Positions 8,640 to 19,015 of a DNA stretch of 64,000 nucleotides are shown in pieces (position 1 is the first letter of the stretch; each line of letters opens with the position of its first letter). Source of the DNA: Candidatus Nomurabacteria bacterium RIFCSPHIGHO2_12_FULL_42_19 (GTDB lineage Bacteria; Patescibacteriota; Minisyncoccia; Phycocordibacterales; UBA9973). The notes beneath the pieces are model-generated. The model had not been told where the DNA came from. It made no database searches and saw nothing but the letters and a program-made list of their open reading frames with translations. Both the position numbers and the translations under genes were made by a program. The stretch is from positions 24,645-88,644 of the forward strand of contig MFUM01000005.1 of NCBI GenBank assembly GCA_001786955.1, read 5' to 3'.

Positions 8640-9323
8640 TCAGGATTGATGAAGTATTGGATCTAAAAAAGTAATCAATTCTACACCTTTTATTTCTCTT
8701 AAAATATTAGGTTTTAGACTGCCCAGCTTGATATTCATAATTCTTTCACGCTTTAGGTCGGCGACTTCTTGGAAAAGAGCGGAACACATTCGGCGTATCT
8801 GGTGCTTTTTGCCTTCGGTCAACACTATTCTGAAAGTAAAGTCGTTTATAATTTTCACTTTACATGGTTTTGTGATATAACCCTCAATATTTACTCCAGC
8901 CTCCATTTTTTGCTTGAAATTTGAACGGAGTTTGTTTGAAGTTTTGACAACATATTCTTTTTCGTGAAAGTATTTTGGATTTAAAAGCCGTTCGGTAATA
9001 CGTCCATCGTTGGTTAATATCAGGAGTCCGTGTGAAGCTTTATCCAATCTTCCTAAGGGGAAGAGGTTTTCCGCGCCCCGCTTAGCGGGGTAAAGAGAAC
9101 CAGTTTCAACTCCAATTAGTTTATTATATGCAAAATATAAATATTCTTTTGCCTTGGCGCCTCTTACTTCCACGGTGTCGGTTTCATTGATTTTACTGCC
9201 GAGCAGGGCTAATTTACCGTTGATAAATACTTTTTTATCGGCTATCAACTCATCAGCGCCTCTTCTGGTGGAGATTTGTTTCAAAGCAAGATATTTATTA
9301 ATTCGCATCGGGTAATTACTCAT
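8640..9323 (-). CDS. RsuA/RluF-family pseudouridine synthase with S4 domain
   Basis: MRINKYLA..STRRGAD, GRLDKASHGLLILTND, EGKKHQIRRM. Confidence 0.93.
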   Translation of the reverse strand: MSNYPMRINKYLALKQISTRRGADELIADKKVFINGKLALLGSKINETDTVEVRGAKAKEYLYFAYNKLIGVETGSLYPAKRGAENLFPLGRLDKASHGLLILTNDGRITERLLNPKYFHEKEYVVKTSNKLRSNFKQKMEAGVNIEGYITKPCKVKIINDFTFRIVLTEGKKHQIRRMCSALFQEVADLKRERIMNIKLGSLKPNILREIKGVELITFLDPILHQS

Positions 9324-10524
9324 ATCTTAACGCATCTATCGGATTTAGCATGGCTGCCTGGCGGGCGGGGTAATAGCCGAAAATAATTCCAATACCGGCC
9401 GAAACGCCAAAAGCCAAAAGGACAGAGGAAAACGAGACTTGTGTTCGAACGATTCCGGTGGAGGTCACCGCAAAGCATATGAGCCACCCCAAAACAATTC
9501 CCAAAAAACCGCCAATAAATGTCAGCATGACGGCTTCCGAGAGGAATTGCAGGTTTATATCTTTTCTTTTTGCCCCGATGGCTTTTCGCAAGCCGATTTC
9601 TCTAGTGCGTTCTGTCACGGTTGTCAGCATCATATTCATAATTCCTATCCCGCCAACCAAAAGCGAAATTGAAGCAATGGCCGCCAGAAAAAGGGTAAAA
9701 GTATCTATGACGGTAGTCAGTGTGCCTAAAATATCTTCCTGCGAAATGATTGAAAAATCCGCTTCGGCCACGCGATGTTTGTCTAAAAGCGCGTTAGTCG
9801 CCAGGTCTTTAACTTCCGCCATTTGATTTTTGTCGGTTACAGATACGGCCAGGGTTGAAAGATAATCCACCCCGGAGAGAATTTTCTGCATAGTGGAAAG
9901 AGGGACAAAAACCATATCATCGGGACCGGAAAATCCGGCTCCGCCCTTGGCGGTCAACACTCCGATAACATTAAAATTAACCTTATTGATACGGATAGTT
10001 TTTCCAAGCGGATCTTCATTCCCAAACAAATCAATTGCAACCGTAGCTCCCAGCACCGCCTGCCTGCCTATGCTTCTCTCATTTGCCTCAGAAATAAAGT
10101 TTCCGTTCGCCAGAGCGATATTGTGCACGTTCATATAATCCGGAGTTGCTCCCGTTATGGTGGTGTTGGTATTATTTCCGGTTGCTACCACTTGGAATCT
10201 GCGGGAGACTTCGGGTGAGACAGCCGCCACACCGTCTAGGGCTTTTATAATATCTATGTCTTCATTTTCCAGAGTTTGCGCCGTGCCGCGTCCGGAAGAA
10301 ACGATTCCTCGCCCCGGCTGGACTACCCCCGGAAGAATTACCAAAAGATTTGAGCCAAGACCTTCAATGCTTGACTGGATGGACGCCTTGGCTCCATTGC
10401 CGATGGAAACCATGGCAATAACGGAAGCAATGCCTATGATTATGCCAAGCATCGTAAGACCCGAACGCGCTTTATTGGAGGACAGGGAACTATATGTTTC
10501 TTGTGCTATGTCTATCGCTTTCAT
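9316..10524 (-). CDS. MacB-like ABC transporter permease
   Basis: RSGLTMLGIIIG, VGGIGIMNMML..VTERTREIGLRKAIGA, PIDALRYE. Confidence 0.94.
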   Translation of the reverse strand: MKAIDIAQETYSSLSSNKARSGLTMLGIIIGIASVIAMVSIGNGAKASIQSSIEGLGSNLLVILPGVVQPGRGIVSSGRGTAQTLENEDIDIIKALDGVAAVSPEVSRRFQVVATGNNTNTTITGATPDYMNVHNIALANGNFISEANERSIGRQAVLGATVAIDLFGNEDPLGKTIRINKVNFNVIGVLTAKGGAGFSGPDDMVFVPLSTMQKILSGVDYLSTLAVSVTDKNQMAEVKDLATNALLDKHRVAEADFSIISQEDILGTLTTVIDTFTLFLAAIASISLLVGGIGIMNMMLTTVTERTREIGLRKAIGAKRKDINLQFLSEAVMLTFIGGFLGIVLGWLICFAVTSTGIVRTQVSFSSVLLAFGVSAGIGIIFGYYPARQAAMLNPIDALRYE

Positions 10525-11222
10525 TTTATCATTTGTTTTGTATGCGTTTTCCTATCTTCCACAAGTTTTCCGTCCTTGATAAAAAGAATTCTGTCGGCGT
10601 GCTCGGCTATTTCTTGTTCGTGGGTGATAAGAATTATCGTGCGTCCCAATTCTTTGTTTAATTTTTGGAAAGTGCCGATAACAATTTCTCCTGTTTTTGA
10701 ATCCAGGTTTCCGGTCGGTTCATCGGCTAAAATAAGCGACGGATTGTTTACCAAGGCTCTCGCTATTGCCACCCGTTGAATTTGACCGCCGGAAATTTGA
10801 TTGGAAAGATGATGAAAATGATTCTCATCCATACCTACGGAAATAAGCGTATTTTTTGCCCTTTCTTCCCTAGCTGTGCCGTGCACTCCGGCATATAACA
10901 AAGGCAGCATTACGTTTCGCAGGACAGTTGCCCGCGGCAGCAGATTAAAAGCTTGAAAAACAAAGCCGATTTTATCCCTGCGAATATCCGCCAGCCTGTC
11001 GTCGGACAGGGAAGAAATATCTTCATTATCAAGGAAATATGTTCCACTCGTCGGGCTGTCCAGTGCGCCTAAAATATGCATTAATGTTGACTTGCCGCTT
11101 CCCGAGGGTCCCATAATGGCGACAAATTCTCCATCGGCAATTTTGAAAGAAACATTATTCAATGCGTTAAATTCAACATCTCCCGTTTTGTACGTTTTTA
11201 TAATATTTTTTATTTCTATCAT
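10521..11222 (-). CDS. ABC transporter ATP-binding protein (MacB/LolD type)
   Basis: GPSGSGKST, ISGGQIQRVAIARAL, ADEPTGNLD. Confidence 0.96.
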   Translation of the reverse strand: MIEIKNIIKTYKTGDVEFNALNNVSFKIADGEFVAIMGPSGSGKSTLMHILGALDSPTSGTYFLDNEDISSLSDDRLADIRRDKIGFVFQAFNLLPRATVLRNVMLPLLYAGVHGTAREERAKNTLISVGMDENHFHHLSNQISGGQIQRVAIARALVNNPSLILADEPTGNLDSKTGEIVIGTFQKLNKELGRTIILITHEQEIAEHADRILFIKDGKLVEDRKTHTKQMIK

Positions 11223-11230
11223 AAGATATA

Positions 11231-12928
11231 TTAACGTCCTCGATTTCCCGTAGTATTGCCGAAGATGCTGGGGGCTGATGACGCGGTTGCGGCTGTGGAC
11301 GGCAGTATCGTCCGGGTGACTATTTCATCGCCTTCTTTGATTCCTGAAACAATCTCGCTTTGCAAATCATTTGAAAGGCCGATTTCTACGGGGATTTTAT
11401 TCAGGATAGCTTTGGAAACAATGCCGGTTGACCCATCCGCGGATGACCCTGAAGGCGCGTCAAAGCTTTCAATATAGCTTGTTCCGGCTTGTCCCGCCTG
11501 CCGGGCGGGCAGGGATTTTATGGCGCTATTCGGGACAATCAGCACATTCTGCCTGATGTCTGTGGTAATGGCGGCTGATACGCTCATTGCGGATTTTATT
11601 CTTTCATCCTGCGTGTCAAAACTAGTTTTTACAATATAAGTTACGACTCCCTGCGAAACCGTCCCGACAGTATCAATATCCGCAACAACGCCCGAGATAA
11701 CAAGGTCTGGTATCGCGTCAAAAGTCAGAGCAGCTTTTTGCCCGATTTTTATTTTTGCCGCGTCAACCTCATTGAGCGAAATTTCCGCGAGCTGTTTTTT
11801 GGTAATTAATGTTGCCGCGACAGCGCCTGAATTTACAGAATCCGATTTTTTGATATTGACTTTCGCTATCGTGCCTTCAAAAGGCGCGCGGATATAATAA
11901 TCCGCCAATTCATCTTTCGCGTCCTGCAGCGCATTCTCTTTTTGTTTCACGGAAAGTTCCGCCGATTGTATGTCCAAACCGGAATTGGGAAATGCGTCTT
12001 TATAATTTTTTATGCTTGTTTTGGCTGAAAGAAGATTTACTATGTGAGTATTGGTTTTGGAAGTATAAGTATTTAAGCTTGCTTTATGCGCGGTTATTAT
12101 CGCAGGCGTGTCGGCGTCATTTTTCTGTATTGAGCTATTTATAAAATCAATGAAATTATTGCCATTTTTAATCGCATCGGAAATGAGCTTGACTGTATCA
12201 TAAGTTTGCAAAATTAAAGCCTCAATAGTCGGATTGTCCGAAATTCGGGAAACTACCTTGTATTTCTCAAGATTTGCGTCGTAAGCGGTCTTTGCCTTAT
12301 TGTAGGAATCTATGAAATTTTGTTTTAAGACTACAGCCTGATCATGGTCTCCGTTGCCAACCTGTCCTTCATACCAATCTATATTCCATTGTTGCTGCGT
12401 CCCCGCACTGCTTTTAAAAAACATATCATTCAGGCCCGTCATAATCCCCGGCAGGTCAAGAAATACGTTTAAAACCGCGCTAAAGCCGTCATCATAGCTT
12501 TTAGCCAGATCAGCATTCATGTTTTCATTTGATTTTTGAATTTTTAATTTTTCCAAAGCGATTTTAGCGGACTCCAAATTTACTTCCGCGTCGCGCACGG
12601 ATTTTTGCGCGTCTTTGTCATCCAGTTTTGCGATAAACGCGCCTGTCCCGACTTTTTGCCCGTCTTGCGCGGCTATGTAAACAACCTCTCCGGAAACCTT
12701 GGCTTTGATATCTATCTGATTTGAAGCGGAAACTTGGCCGCTGCCGGAAACAGAGGAAATAATCGTGCCTCTTTGGACTTTGGCCGTTATATAGCGGATA
12801 TCTCCGGAGGTATCGGTAATTTTTTTATAACTCCAATATGAAATAGAGATGATTATTATCAAAACGACCACGCTTATTGTTTTATGGGCAATGACATGTG
12901 ATTTTATTTTATTCAGGCGTTTTTTCAT
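11231..12928 (-). CDS. MacA/HlyD-family periplasmic adaptor with long helical insertion
   Basis: N-terminal TM, SVSGSGQV, IRAPFEG, C-terminal VEIGLSND..EIVSGIKEGD. Confidence 0.88.
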   Translation of the reverse strand: MKKRLNKIKSHVIAHKTISVVVLIIIISISYWSYKKITDTSGDIRYITAKVQRGTIISSVSGSGQVSASNQIDIKAKVSGEVVYIAAQDGQKVGTGAFIAKLDDKDAQKSVRDAEVNLESAKIALEKLKIQKSNENMNADLAKSYDDGFSAVLNVFLDLPGIMTGLNDMFFKSSAGTQQQWNIDWYEGQVGNGDHDQAVVLKQNFIDSYNKAKTAYDANLEKYKVVSRISDNPTIEALILQTYDTVKLISDAIKNGNNFIDFINSSIQKNDADTPAIITAHKASLNTYTSKTNTHIVNLLSAKTSIKNYKDAFPNSGLDIQSAELSVKQKENALQDAKDELADYYIRAPFEGTIAKVNIKKSDSVNSGAVAATLITKKQLAEISLNEVDAAKIKIGQKAALTFDAIPDLVISGVVADIDTVGTVSQGVVTYIVKTSFDTQDERIKSAMSVSAAITTDIRQNVLIVPNSAIKSLPARQAGQAGTSYIESFDAPSGSSADGSTGIVSKAILNKIPVEIGLSNDLQSEIVSGIKEGDEIVTRTILPSTAATASSAPSIFGNTTGNRGR

Positions 12929-13018
12929 TTTTTTAGCGGCATAACTAAATTATAACATAGATTTTTTCTATTATTATTTTCCCAAATTATCTCCCCGATG
13001 GTCTAATTTATATTATTA

Positions 13019-13969
13019 TTATTTATGCTTTTGATCCGAGAATTGACTATACGCGCGTTTGCTTAAAAGGACAAGAATAAGGATAAGAATAAGTAAGATC
13101 AGCCAGCCAAATAAATTAGCCGGGAAAAAAGAACCAGCTCCGAGGGCATTCGCTCCCAGCATAGAAGCCACAGAAATCTCGTTTTTGTCTACCGAGACGG
13201 CATCGGTGCTGGTAACTTTGGCGGCCGTTGCGGTGTTTTGTTTCTGGCTGTTATTTTGGCTCGGAGCATTACCGCTTGTTACCAGGCTTAAAACCGCTCC
13301 CTCGCTTCTGCCGTAGGAATTCTGCGCTACGGCTCGGAAGTAATATGCTGTGCCCGGATTAAGCCCAGTAATCGTGTTGGTGTGCCTGACTGCCGGCGCC
13401 CCATTTATTGGCGTTAGGACGGTCTGATTGCCTAAGCTGGGAGTCACGCCCCATTCAAACCAAGAATTGGCTGAATTACTGTTTCCGGCCAGAATAAGAG
13501 AATTAAATTGCGCCGTATTGTCCGCCAAAACCGCTCCGGAAGTAGTGATAGCGGCGGGAGACATTGAATTGTTGTATCCTGAAGTTGAAAAATTTGTCGT
13601 AAAAGATGCCACGTTTCCATAAACTCTTCCTTGTGAGTTTTGCCCGACTGCACGAAAATAATAAATCGTGTTGGCGGTAAGCCCCGAAATATTAGTGCTA
13701 TAACTGCCGCCGTATCCGGTATTAAAAATATAAGCATTTAAAGACGTAGAATTTCCGAAACTTAAATCTGTTCCATATTCAAACCAGGCATTACCCGGAA
13801 GGCCTCCGGTGTTGACCGAACCGTTGAGAGTCGCATTCATTGGGGTAATGTTGGTTGCGCTGCCAGTAGAGACATATGCGCTATATGCGAAAAGGGGGAA
13901 AGGGGCAAGACCAAATAATATCGCTCCCATAAGGGTTATTACAAAAAAGTTGGTTATTTTATTTAACAT
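13019..13969 (-). CDS. Surface protein with two fibronectin type III-like repeats and a C-terminal TM anchor
   Basis: Signal peptide; repeated WFE(Y/W)G...GL...T.YYFRAV.QNS.G; hydrophobic C-terminus. Confidence 0.8.
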   Translation of the reverse strand: MLNKITNFFVITLMGAILFGLAPFPLFAYSAYVSTGSATNITPMNATLNGSVNTGGLPGNAWFEYGTDLSFGNSTSLNAYIFNTGYGGSYSTNISGLTANTIYYFRAVGQNSQGRVYGNVASFTTNFSTSGYNNSMSPAAITTSGAVLADNTAQFNSLILAGNSNSANSWFEWGVTPSLGNQTVLTPINGAPAVRHTNTITGLNPGTAYYFRAVAQNSYGRSEGAVLSLVTSGNAPSQNNSQKQNTATAAKVTSTDAVSVDKNEISVASMLGANALGAGSFFPANLFGWLILLILILILVLLSKRAYSQFSDQKHK

Positions 13970-14010
13970 CTTTCAATTATAGCATTTTATAGAGAAAAGT
14001 CAAATAATTG

Positions 14011-14082
14011 TGCCCTCAGTAGGAATCGAACCTACATCGCAAACTCCGCAAGCTCGCATTCTATCCATTGAACTATGAGGGC
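14011..14082 (-). tRNA. tRNA-Arg(GCG)
   Basis: Reverse complement GCCCTCA TA GTTC AATGGATA GAAT G CGAGC TTGCGGA GTTTG CGAT GTAGG TTCGATT CCTAC TGAGGGC A. Confidence 0.92.
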
Positions 14083-14140
14083 ATTTTCCCGTCAAAAATC
14101 GGGCGCATTTGAAGATTAGCAGTTTTTGATAAAAAGTCTA

Positions 14141-14623
14141 TTAGAAACCGAGCACTTCCATGATTTTTTCCGAAGGATGTTCTTTCATTTCTTTTTCTTC
14201 AACATTATTGGAGAGCATGACGGAATGAATTTCTTCTGCCATCGTTTCATCTATCGGCATTGATAAAATCGGCATGAAAGCTCTCTCGGAATGGATAAAG
14301 AGTATCGGCTTGACGCTTGTTTCTCCCGATGCGCCCACTTGAACCCAAAAAGATTTTATATTTTCATAAGGATAAAGGCGGTTTCTTATTTTCAGACCCT
14401 TGGCGTTGAGTTCATAAGAAATAACATCCGGTTTTTTAATCGCAAAAAATCCGAGCAACACTCCGCCCAAAACAAGCAATATCGCGAAAAAATAATTTCC
14501 ATAAATGATTGAGGCAATCGAACTGGTTGCAACGATAATGCCAAGCGCCCAAAACCAGTCCCGGCTTCGTTCCTTTTCTTCGTATTCCAGAGCAGACCAA
14601 GATAATTTTTCATTATCATCCAT
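14141..14623 (-). CDS. Hypothetical membrane protein (two TM helices plus a soluble C-terminal domain)
   Basis: W.A.EY..KER..DWFW followed by a TM pair; Y.Y..IKSFW. Confidence 0.75.
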   Translation of the reverse strand: MDDNEKLSWSALEYEEKERSRDWFWALGIIVATSSIASIIYGNYFFAILLVLGGVLLGFFAIKKPDVISYELNAKGLKIRNRLYPYENIKSFWVQVGASGETSVKPILFIHSERAFMPILSMPIDETMAEEIHSVMLSNNVEEKEMKEHPSEKIMEVLGF

Positions 14624-14939
14624 AAATCAATTATATCAGACAATACCCAAAGTTGTCTAACAAAACAGCGAAAATATAATCGCTAAAAGACGTATATTTT
14701 ACTATTCAGTTTCTTTGTCGGTAAACACTACAGGCCGTCTGGAATGAGTTTTGTCTATTATATCCCAAATTCTCGTGCAGTTAATGACATTTTCAGCTAA
14801 TCTACAATTGTAACATTTTTACTTTTATGCTAGTGCTGATAACTTTTTTATGGTATAATAATTGAAATCGTGGTATAATAACAGCAACTTGTGGTCTAAT
14901 GGTTTTACGTTCTTTATTTATAATTAAATAATATTGATT

Positions 14940-15587
14940 ATGAAAAATAAAAAAAGTAAAGTAAATGAATTAAAAGAGTCAAAAGAGCTGGCCTTGCACT
15001 ATATGCAAACACTGGTGGATGTCGCCAGAGAGTCGTTCTTGATTCTTGATTCTGACCTTCGCGTAATTTCGGCAAACCCGACTTTTTACCAGGTTTTTAA
15101 GGTTGTACCGAAAAAGACGATAGGTAAACTTTTTTATAAATTAGGAAATGGCCAGTGGAATATCCCCGAACTTAAGAAACTATTGGAAGAAATTTTGCCC
15201 AAGAAAAAAGTGGTAAAAAATTACGAAGTTGCGCACATTTTTGAAACAATTGGAGAAAAAACAATGCTGCTTAATTCCAGGCAGATAGATACGGTGCAAT
15301 TAATTATTCTAGCCATAGAAGACATTACCGATAAAGAGAGGCTTGAGAAAAAATTGGCTGAATATGTCGAAAAACTTGAAAGCAAGGTGGAGAAACGGAC
15401 AACAGAGCTTGCCGCTCGAATAAAAGAATTGGAATCAATGAATAAGTCCATGGTGGGAAGGGAATTAAAAATGGTGGAACTCAAAAAAGAAATTGAAAAT
15501 TTGAGGAAAAAGGTTAAAAATGGAAATGGCAACGGCAAAAACAGCAAGAATGGAAATCATAAAAATGGCAAATTACATAATTCATGA
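14940..15587 (+). CDS. PAS-domain protein with coiled-coil C-terminus
   Basis: ILDSDLRVISANPTFY, GNGQWNIPEL, ILAIEDIT; overlaps the downstream kinase start. Confidence 0.85.
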   Translation: MKNKKSKVNELKESKELALHYMQTLVDVARESFLILDSDLRVISANPTFYQVFKVVPKKTIGKLFYKLGNGQWNIPELKKLLEEILPKKKVVKNYEVAHIFETIGEKTMLLNSRQIDTVQLIILAIEDITDKERLEKKLAEYVEKLESKVEKRTTELAARIKELESMNKSMVGRELKMVELKKEIENLRKKVKNGNGNGKNSKNGNHKNGKLHNS

Positions 15588-17335
15588 AAACAGCGCCGAT
15601 TCCGGAAAACGAAAAAGAGCGCTTATTTTCCCTGTATAAATTAGGGCTCCTGGACACAAAACCGGAAGAGCGTTTTGACCGCATTACCCGTACGGCAACT
15701 AAAATTTTCAATGTTCCTATTTCAACTCTAACCCTTATTGATGCGGAACGAGAATGGTTCAAATCCTGCCAAGGGCTTACAAAACGCGAGGGCAAGCGCG
15801 CGATTTCTTTTTGTGGACATGCATTGTTGTCCAATAAAATATTTGTCATACCTGACACAAAAAAAGACAAAAGATTTGCCGATAACCCTATGGTAATCGG
15901 CAAGCCATTTATACGCTTTTATGCCGGCATGCCGTTAATGAGCATTGATGGAGCGCGAGTCGGAGTTTTTTGCATTAAAGATACAAAACCGAGAAAATTT
16001 TCAAAAAAGGATGAAGAAACCTTAAAGGGATTAGCCAACTGGGCGGAAATGGAAATTAATTTCCATAATTTGAATTTAGCCTTCAAAGAAGAAGAAAAAA
16101 CACAAACAAAGTTAAAGTTCCAGGCGCGCGATTTGGAAAATGCGAAAATAGCTGCCCGAAACGTTCTTGAAGATCTCCAGATTGAGAAAGAAAAACTGGC
16201 TCAATCCAATGCGAGAGATGAAGCACTGCTCGAGAGTATCGGGGAAGGTTTGGTTGCGGTTGATAACGACAGAAGAGTAATAATTATAAATAAAGTGGCC
16301 AGCGATATGCTTGGCTGGAAAGCCAAAGATCTGATTGGCAAGGTAATTACCGGGTTGCCCCTGGAAGACGAAATGGGCAATCTCGTATCGCTTGACAAAC
16401 GGCCAACTACCATAGCTTTAAAGACCGGCAAAGTTGCAAAAGTTGTCTATTTTTTTGCCAGAAAAGGCAAAATCAGGTTTCCAATGGCCATTACCGCGAC
16501 ACCCATCAAGCTTAGAGGAAAAACAATAGGATTAATAGAGATAATTCGGGACATAACCCGTGAAAAAGAAATTGACAAGGCAAAAAGCGAGTTCATATCT
16601 CTCGCTTCCCACCAGCTCAAAACCCCGCCGACTGCCATTAAATTGCTTATTGAAAGGCTGCTGAGCGGCAAAATGGGAAAATTCACGGAAAAACAGAAAG
16701 AATATTTTGACGATATCCAATATTCGAACCAGCGGATGATTGATATTGTAAACAAGCTTTTGAACGTATCGCGCATTGAGCTCGGAACATTTGCCATTCA
16801 GGCAAGCGAAAATGATGTTTGCGCTGTTGTGCGGAGCGTTCTTGATGAATTGAAATTAATCATTGAGAAAAGGCGATTGAAGTTCAGAACGATGTTTGGA
16901 GAAAAGAGCATCAGGTTGATGATTGATGAATCTTTATTCCGTATGGTAATTGGCAATCTTGTTATGAATGCCGTCAACTATACGGCGGAAGAGGGTGAAA
17001 TCCAAGTTGAATGCAAGACAGTGAATAAGGGACAAATGCTCGGGGGCAAACTTTTATCCGAGAATTGTTTTGCGGTTATTGTATCTAACACCGGCTACGG
17101 CATTCCTAAAAATGTGCAAAATAAAGTGTTCACTAAATTTTTTAGAGCCGACAATGCCAGAGAAAAACAGGCCAACGGAACGGGTCTCGGGCTTTATATC
17201 ATAAAATCCATTCTTGACCATTCCGGCGGGTCAGTCTGGTTCACTTCGCAGGAAAACAAAGGGTCGATATTTTATGTAACTATTCCTATGACCGGGATGA
17301 GAGTGAAAATCGGCACAAAAAAGCTTGTTGGTTGA
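15584..17335 (+). CDS. Sensor histidine kinase (GAF-PAS-HisKA-HATPase)
   Basis: GAF DKRFADNP.V..IRFYAG; PAS ESIGEG..RDIT; SHQLKTP H-box; GTGLGL. Confidence 0.93.
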   Translation: MKTAPIPENEKERLFSLYKLGLLDTKPEERFDRITRTATKIFNVPISTLTLIDAEREWFKSCQGLTKREGKRAISFCGHALLSNKIFVIPDTKKDKRFADNPMVIGKPFIRFYAGMPLMSIDGARVGVFCIKDTKPRKFSKKDEETLKGLANWAEMEINFHNLNLAFKEEEKTQTKLKFQARDLENAKIAARNVLEDLQIEKEKLAQSNARDEALLESIGEGLVAVDNDRRVIIINKVASDMLGWKAKDLIGKVITGLPLEDEMGNLVSLDKRPTTIALKTGKVAKVVYFFARKGKIRFPMAITATPIKLRGKTIGLIEIIRDITREKEIDKAKSEFISLASHQLKTPPTAIKLLIERLLSGKMGKFTEKQKEYFDDIQYSNQRMIDIVNKLLNVSRIELGTFAIQASENDVCAVVRSVLDELKLIIEKRRLKFRTMFGEKSIRLMIDESLFRMVIGNLVMNAVNYTAEEGEIQVECKTVNKGQMLGGKLLSENCFAVIVSNTGYGIPKNVQNKVFTKFFRADNAREKQANGTGLGLYIIKSILDHSGGSVWFTSQENKGSIFYVTIPMTGMRVKIGTKKLVG

Positions 17336-17365
17336 TAAGGTTGATTGTGGTATAATATTTATGTT

Positions 17366-17761
17366 GTGACCGAAGATAAAAAAATAAAAATTTTAATTGT
17401 TGAAGACGAGGCGGTAATTAGCAAAACATATGCGGAAGAATTGCGCAGTCAGGGATTTCTTGTCCTTACGGCGGCAAACGGCAAAGACGGCTTGGAGCTT
17501 GCTTTTCGCGAAAAACCGGATCTTATCTTGCTGGATATTCTGATGCCGGTAATGGATGGCCTTACAATGATGGACAAATTGCGGGAGAAAGACCTTTATG
17601 GAAAAAATGTTCCGATAATCCTTTTAAGCAATTTGTCCGCCAGCGAAGAAAAAATCATGGCGGCGATTACAAAAAATGAGCCCGCGTATTATTTGGTAAA
17701 ATCCGACTGGGATTTAAGCCATGTAGTGGAGAAAGTAAAAGAAAGACTCAGTAGAGTTTAA
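17366..17761 (+). CDS. Single-domain response regulator (CheY-like receiver)
   Basis: ILIVEDE, DLILLDILMPVMDG, LSN, YLVKS; start uncertain (GTG 17366 or TTG 17345). Confidence 0.92.
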   Translation: MTEDKKIKILIVEDEAVISKTYAEELRSQGFLVLTAANGKDGLELAFREKPDLILLDILMPVMDGLTMMDKLREKDLYGKNVPIILLSNLSASEEKIMAAITKNEPAYYLVKSDWDLSHVVEKVKERLSRV

Positions 17762-17797
17762 CCGCGCCATTCTTTTTAAAAACAACTGCTTTTCGTG

Positions 17798-17884
17798 CGG
17801 AGGCGGTGAGATTCGAACTCACGGACCCCGTAAAGAGTCTCTTGTTTTCAAGACAAGTGCCTTCAACCACTCAGCCACGCCTCC
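17798..17884 (-). tRNA. tRNA-Ser(UGA)
   Basis: Reverse complement GGAGGCG...CTTGT CTTGAAA ACAAG, long variable arm, GTGAG TTCGAAT CTCAC CGCCTCC G. Confidence 0.95.
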
Positions 17885-17889
17885 GTTTG

Positions 17890-18138
17890 TTATTTAATTG
17901 ACGACAATGCGTTTTTGAAATCTTTTTTTACATCAACCCACTTTTTCTTTACGATTTTGAAAATATAAAAAATTTCCAAAATTCCAACAGTATTTAAGAT
18001 AATGAGCGCGACAAACCATTTTTTATGGTTATGTTTTGCGGCTGTCCACAACGCATAAACTTTCCAAGGAATAGTCCAAAGGGCTAATATTAATAAAAAC
18101 ATATTAACAAATGCATTGGTAAAAATTGGATTATACAT
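17890..18138 (-). CDS. Small membrane protein (DUF5652-like)
   Basis: W...WK.YALW.AA.....WF.....NT.GILEI.YIF pattern. Confidence 0.75.
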   Translation of the reverse strand: MYNPIFTNAFVNMFLLILALWTIPWKVYALWTAAKHNHKKWFVALIILNTVGILEIFYIFKIVKKKWVDVKKDFKNALSSIK

Positions 18139-18183
18139 ACGGAGATTATATCAAGAAAATCATATTTATGCTAGTATTTAATT

Positions 18184-18654
18184 ATGATATTTTCCGGGAG
18201 ATTTTTGGGCGTTGATTATGGAACAAAAAGAATCGGAGTGGCAATTTCGGATAAAAATAACACTCTGGCTTTCCCGAAAGAAATTATTCTGAATGACAAA
18301 AATGCTTTAAAAAGAATTGGCGATATAATCACCAAAGAAAATGTTTCGGAAATTGTAATAGGAGAATCGGTGGATTTTTCAGGGAAATTAAATGCGCTGT
18401 CGGGGAGAATCGAGATTTTTATCTTAGACTTGAAAGAAAAATTTAAATTACCCGTTTACAAGCAGAAAGAATTTTTAACATCGGTGGAAGCCCGTAAATC
18501 AGGAAATAATAAAAAAAGTTTAAGTCCATCGCAAGCGCACAGCAGAGTAAAACAAATAAAGAGCGGCCGGATAGATGCTTCGGCGGCTGCGCTCATTTTA
18601 CAAAGATATCTGGACAAAATAAATAACCCGCGCCACAGCGTGGCAAGAAAATGA
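18184..18654 (+). CDS. ruvX: Holliday junction resolvase-like / pre-16S rRNA nuclease RuvX (YqgF)
   Basis: LGVDYGTKRIGVAISD, E.LTS.EA, IDASAAALILQRYLD. Confidence 0.92.
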   Translation: MIFSGRFLGVDYGTKRIGVAISDKNNTLAFPKEIILNDKNALKRIGDIITKENVSEIVIGESVDFSGKLNALSGRIEIFILDLKEKFKLPVYKQKEFLTSVEARKSGNNKKSLSPSQAHSRVKQIKSGRIDASAAALILQRYLDKINNPRHSVARK

Positions 18655-18980
18655 TTACATTAAATGATTTTAAAAAAATTGATATCGCGGTAGGAAAAAT
18701 TTTATCCGCGGAAAAAATTCCCGATACGGACAAATTATTGAAACTGTCTGTTGATTTAGGCGAAACGACACCACGGGTTATAGTTTCCGGAATTTCTTTA
18801 TATTTTCCGGATTGTTCCGTTTTAGTCGGCAAAAAGTGCATTTTTGTCGCGAATCTGGAACCGAGAGTTATTCGTGGGATTGAAAGCCAGGGAATGATAT
18901 TGGCAGTTTTTACGGAAGACGGCAAATTTTCCCTGCTGGAACCGAACAATGATATTCCTGCCGGCACGCGAGCGAAATGA
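18651..18980 (+). CDS. Stand-alone tRNA-binding OB-fold protein (MetG C-terminal/CsaA/Trbp111 family)
   Basis: DF.KIDI.VGKI, DKLLKL.VDLG, NLEPR.IRGIESQGM. Confidence 0.9.
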   Translation: MITLNDFKKIDIAVGKILSAEKIPDTDKLLKLSVDLGETTPRVIVSGISLYFPDCSVLVGKKCIFVANLEPRVIRGIESQGMILAVFTEDGKFSLLEPNNDIPAGTRAK

Positions 18981-19015
18981 TGGCGATAAAAACCTGGATA
19001 TCGTATAATATTACT

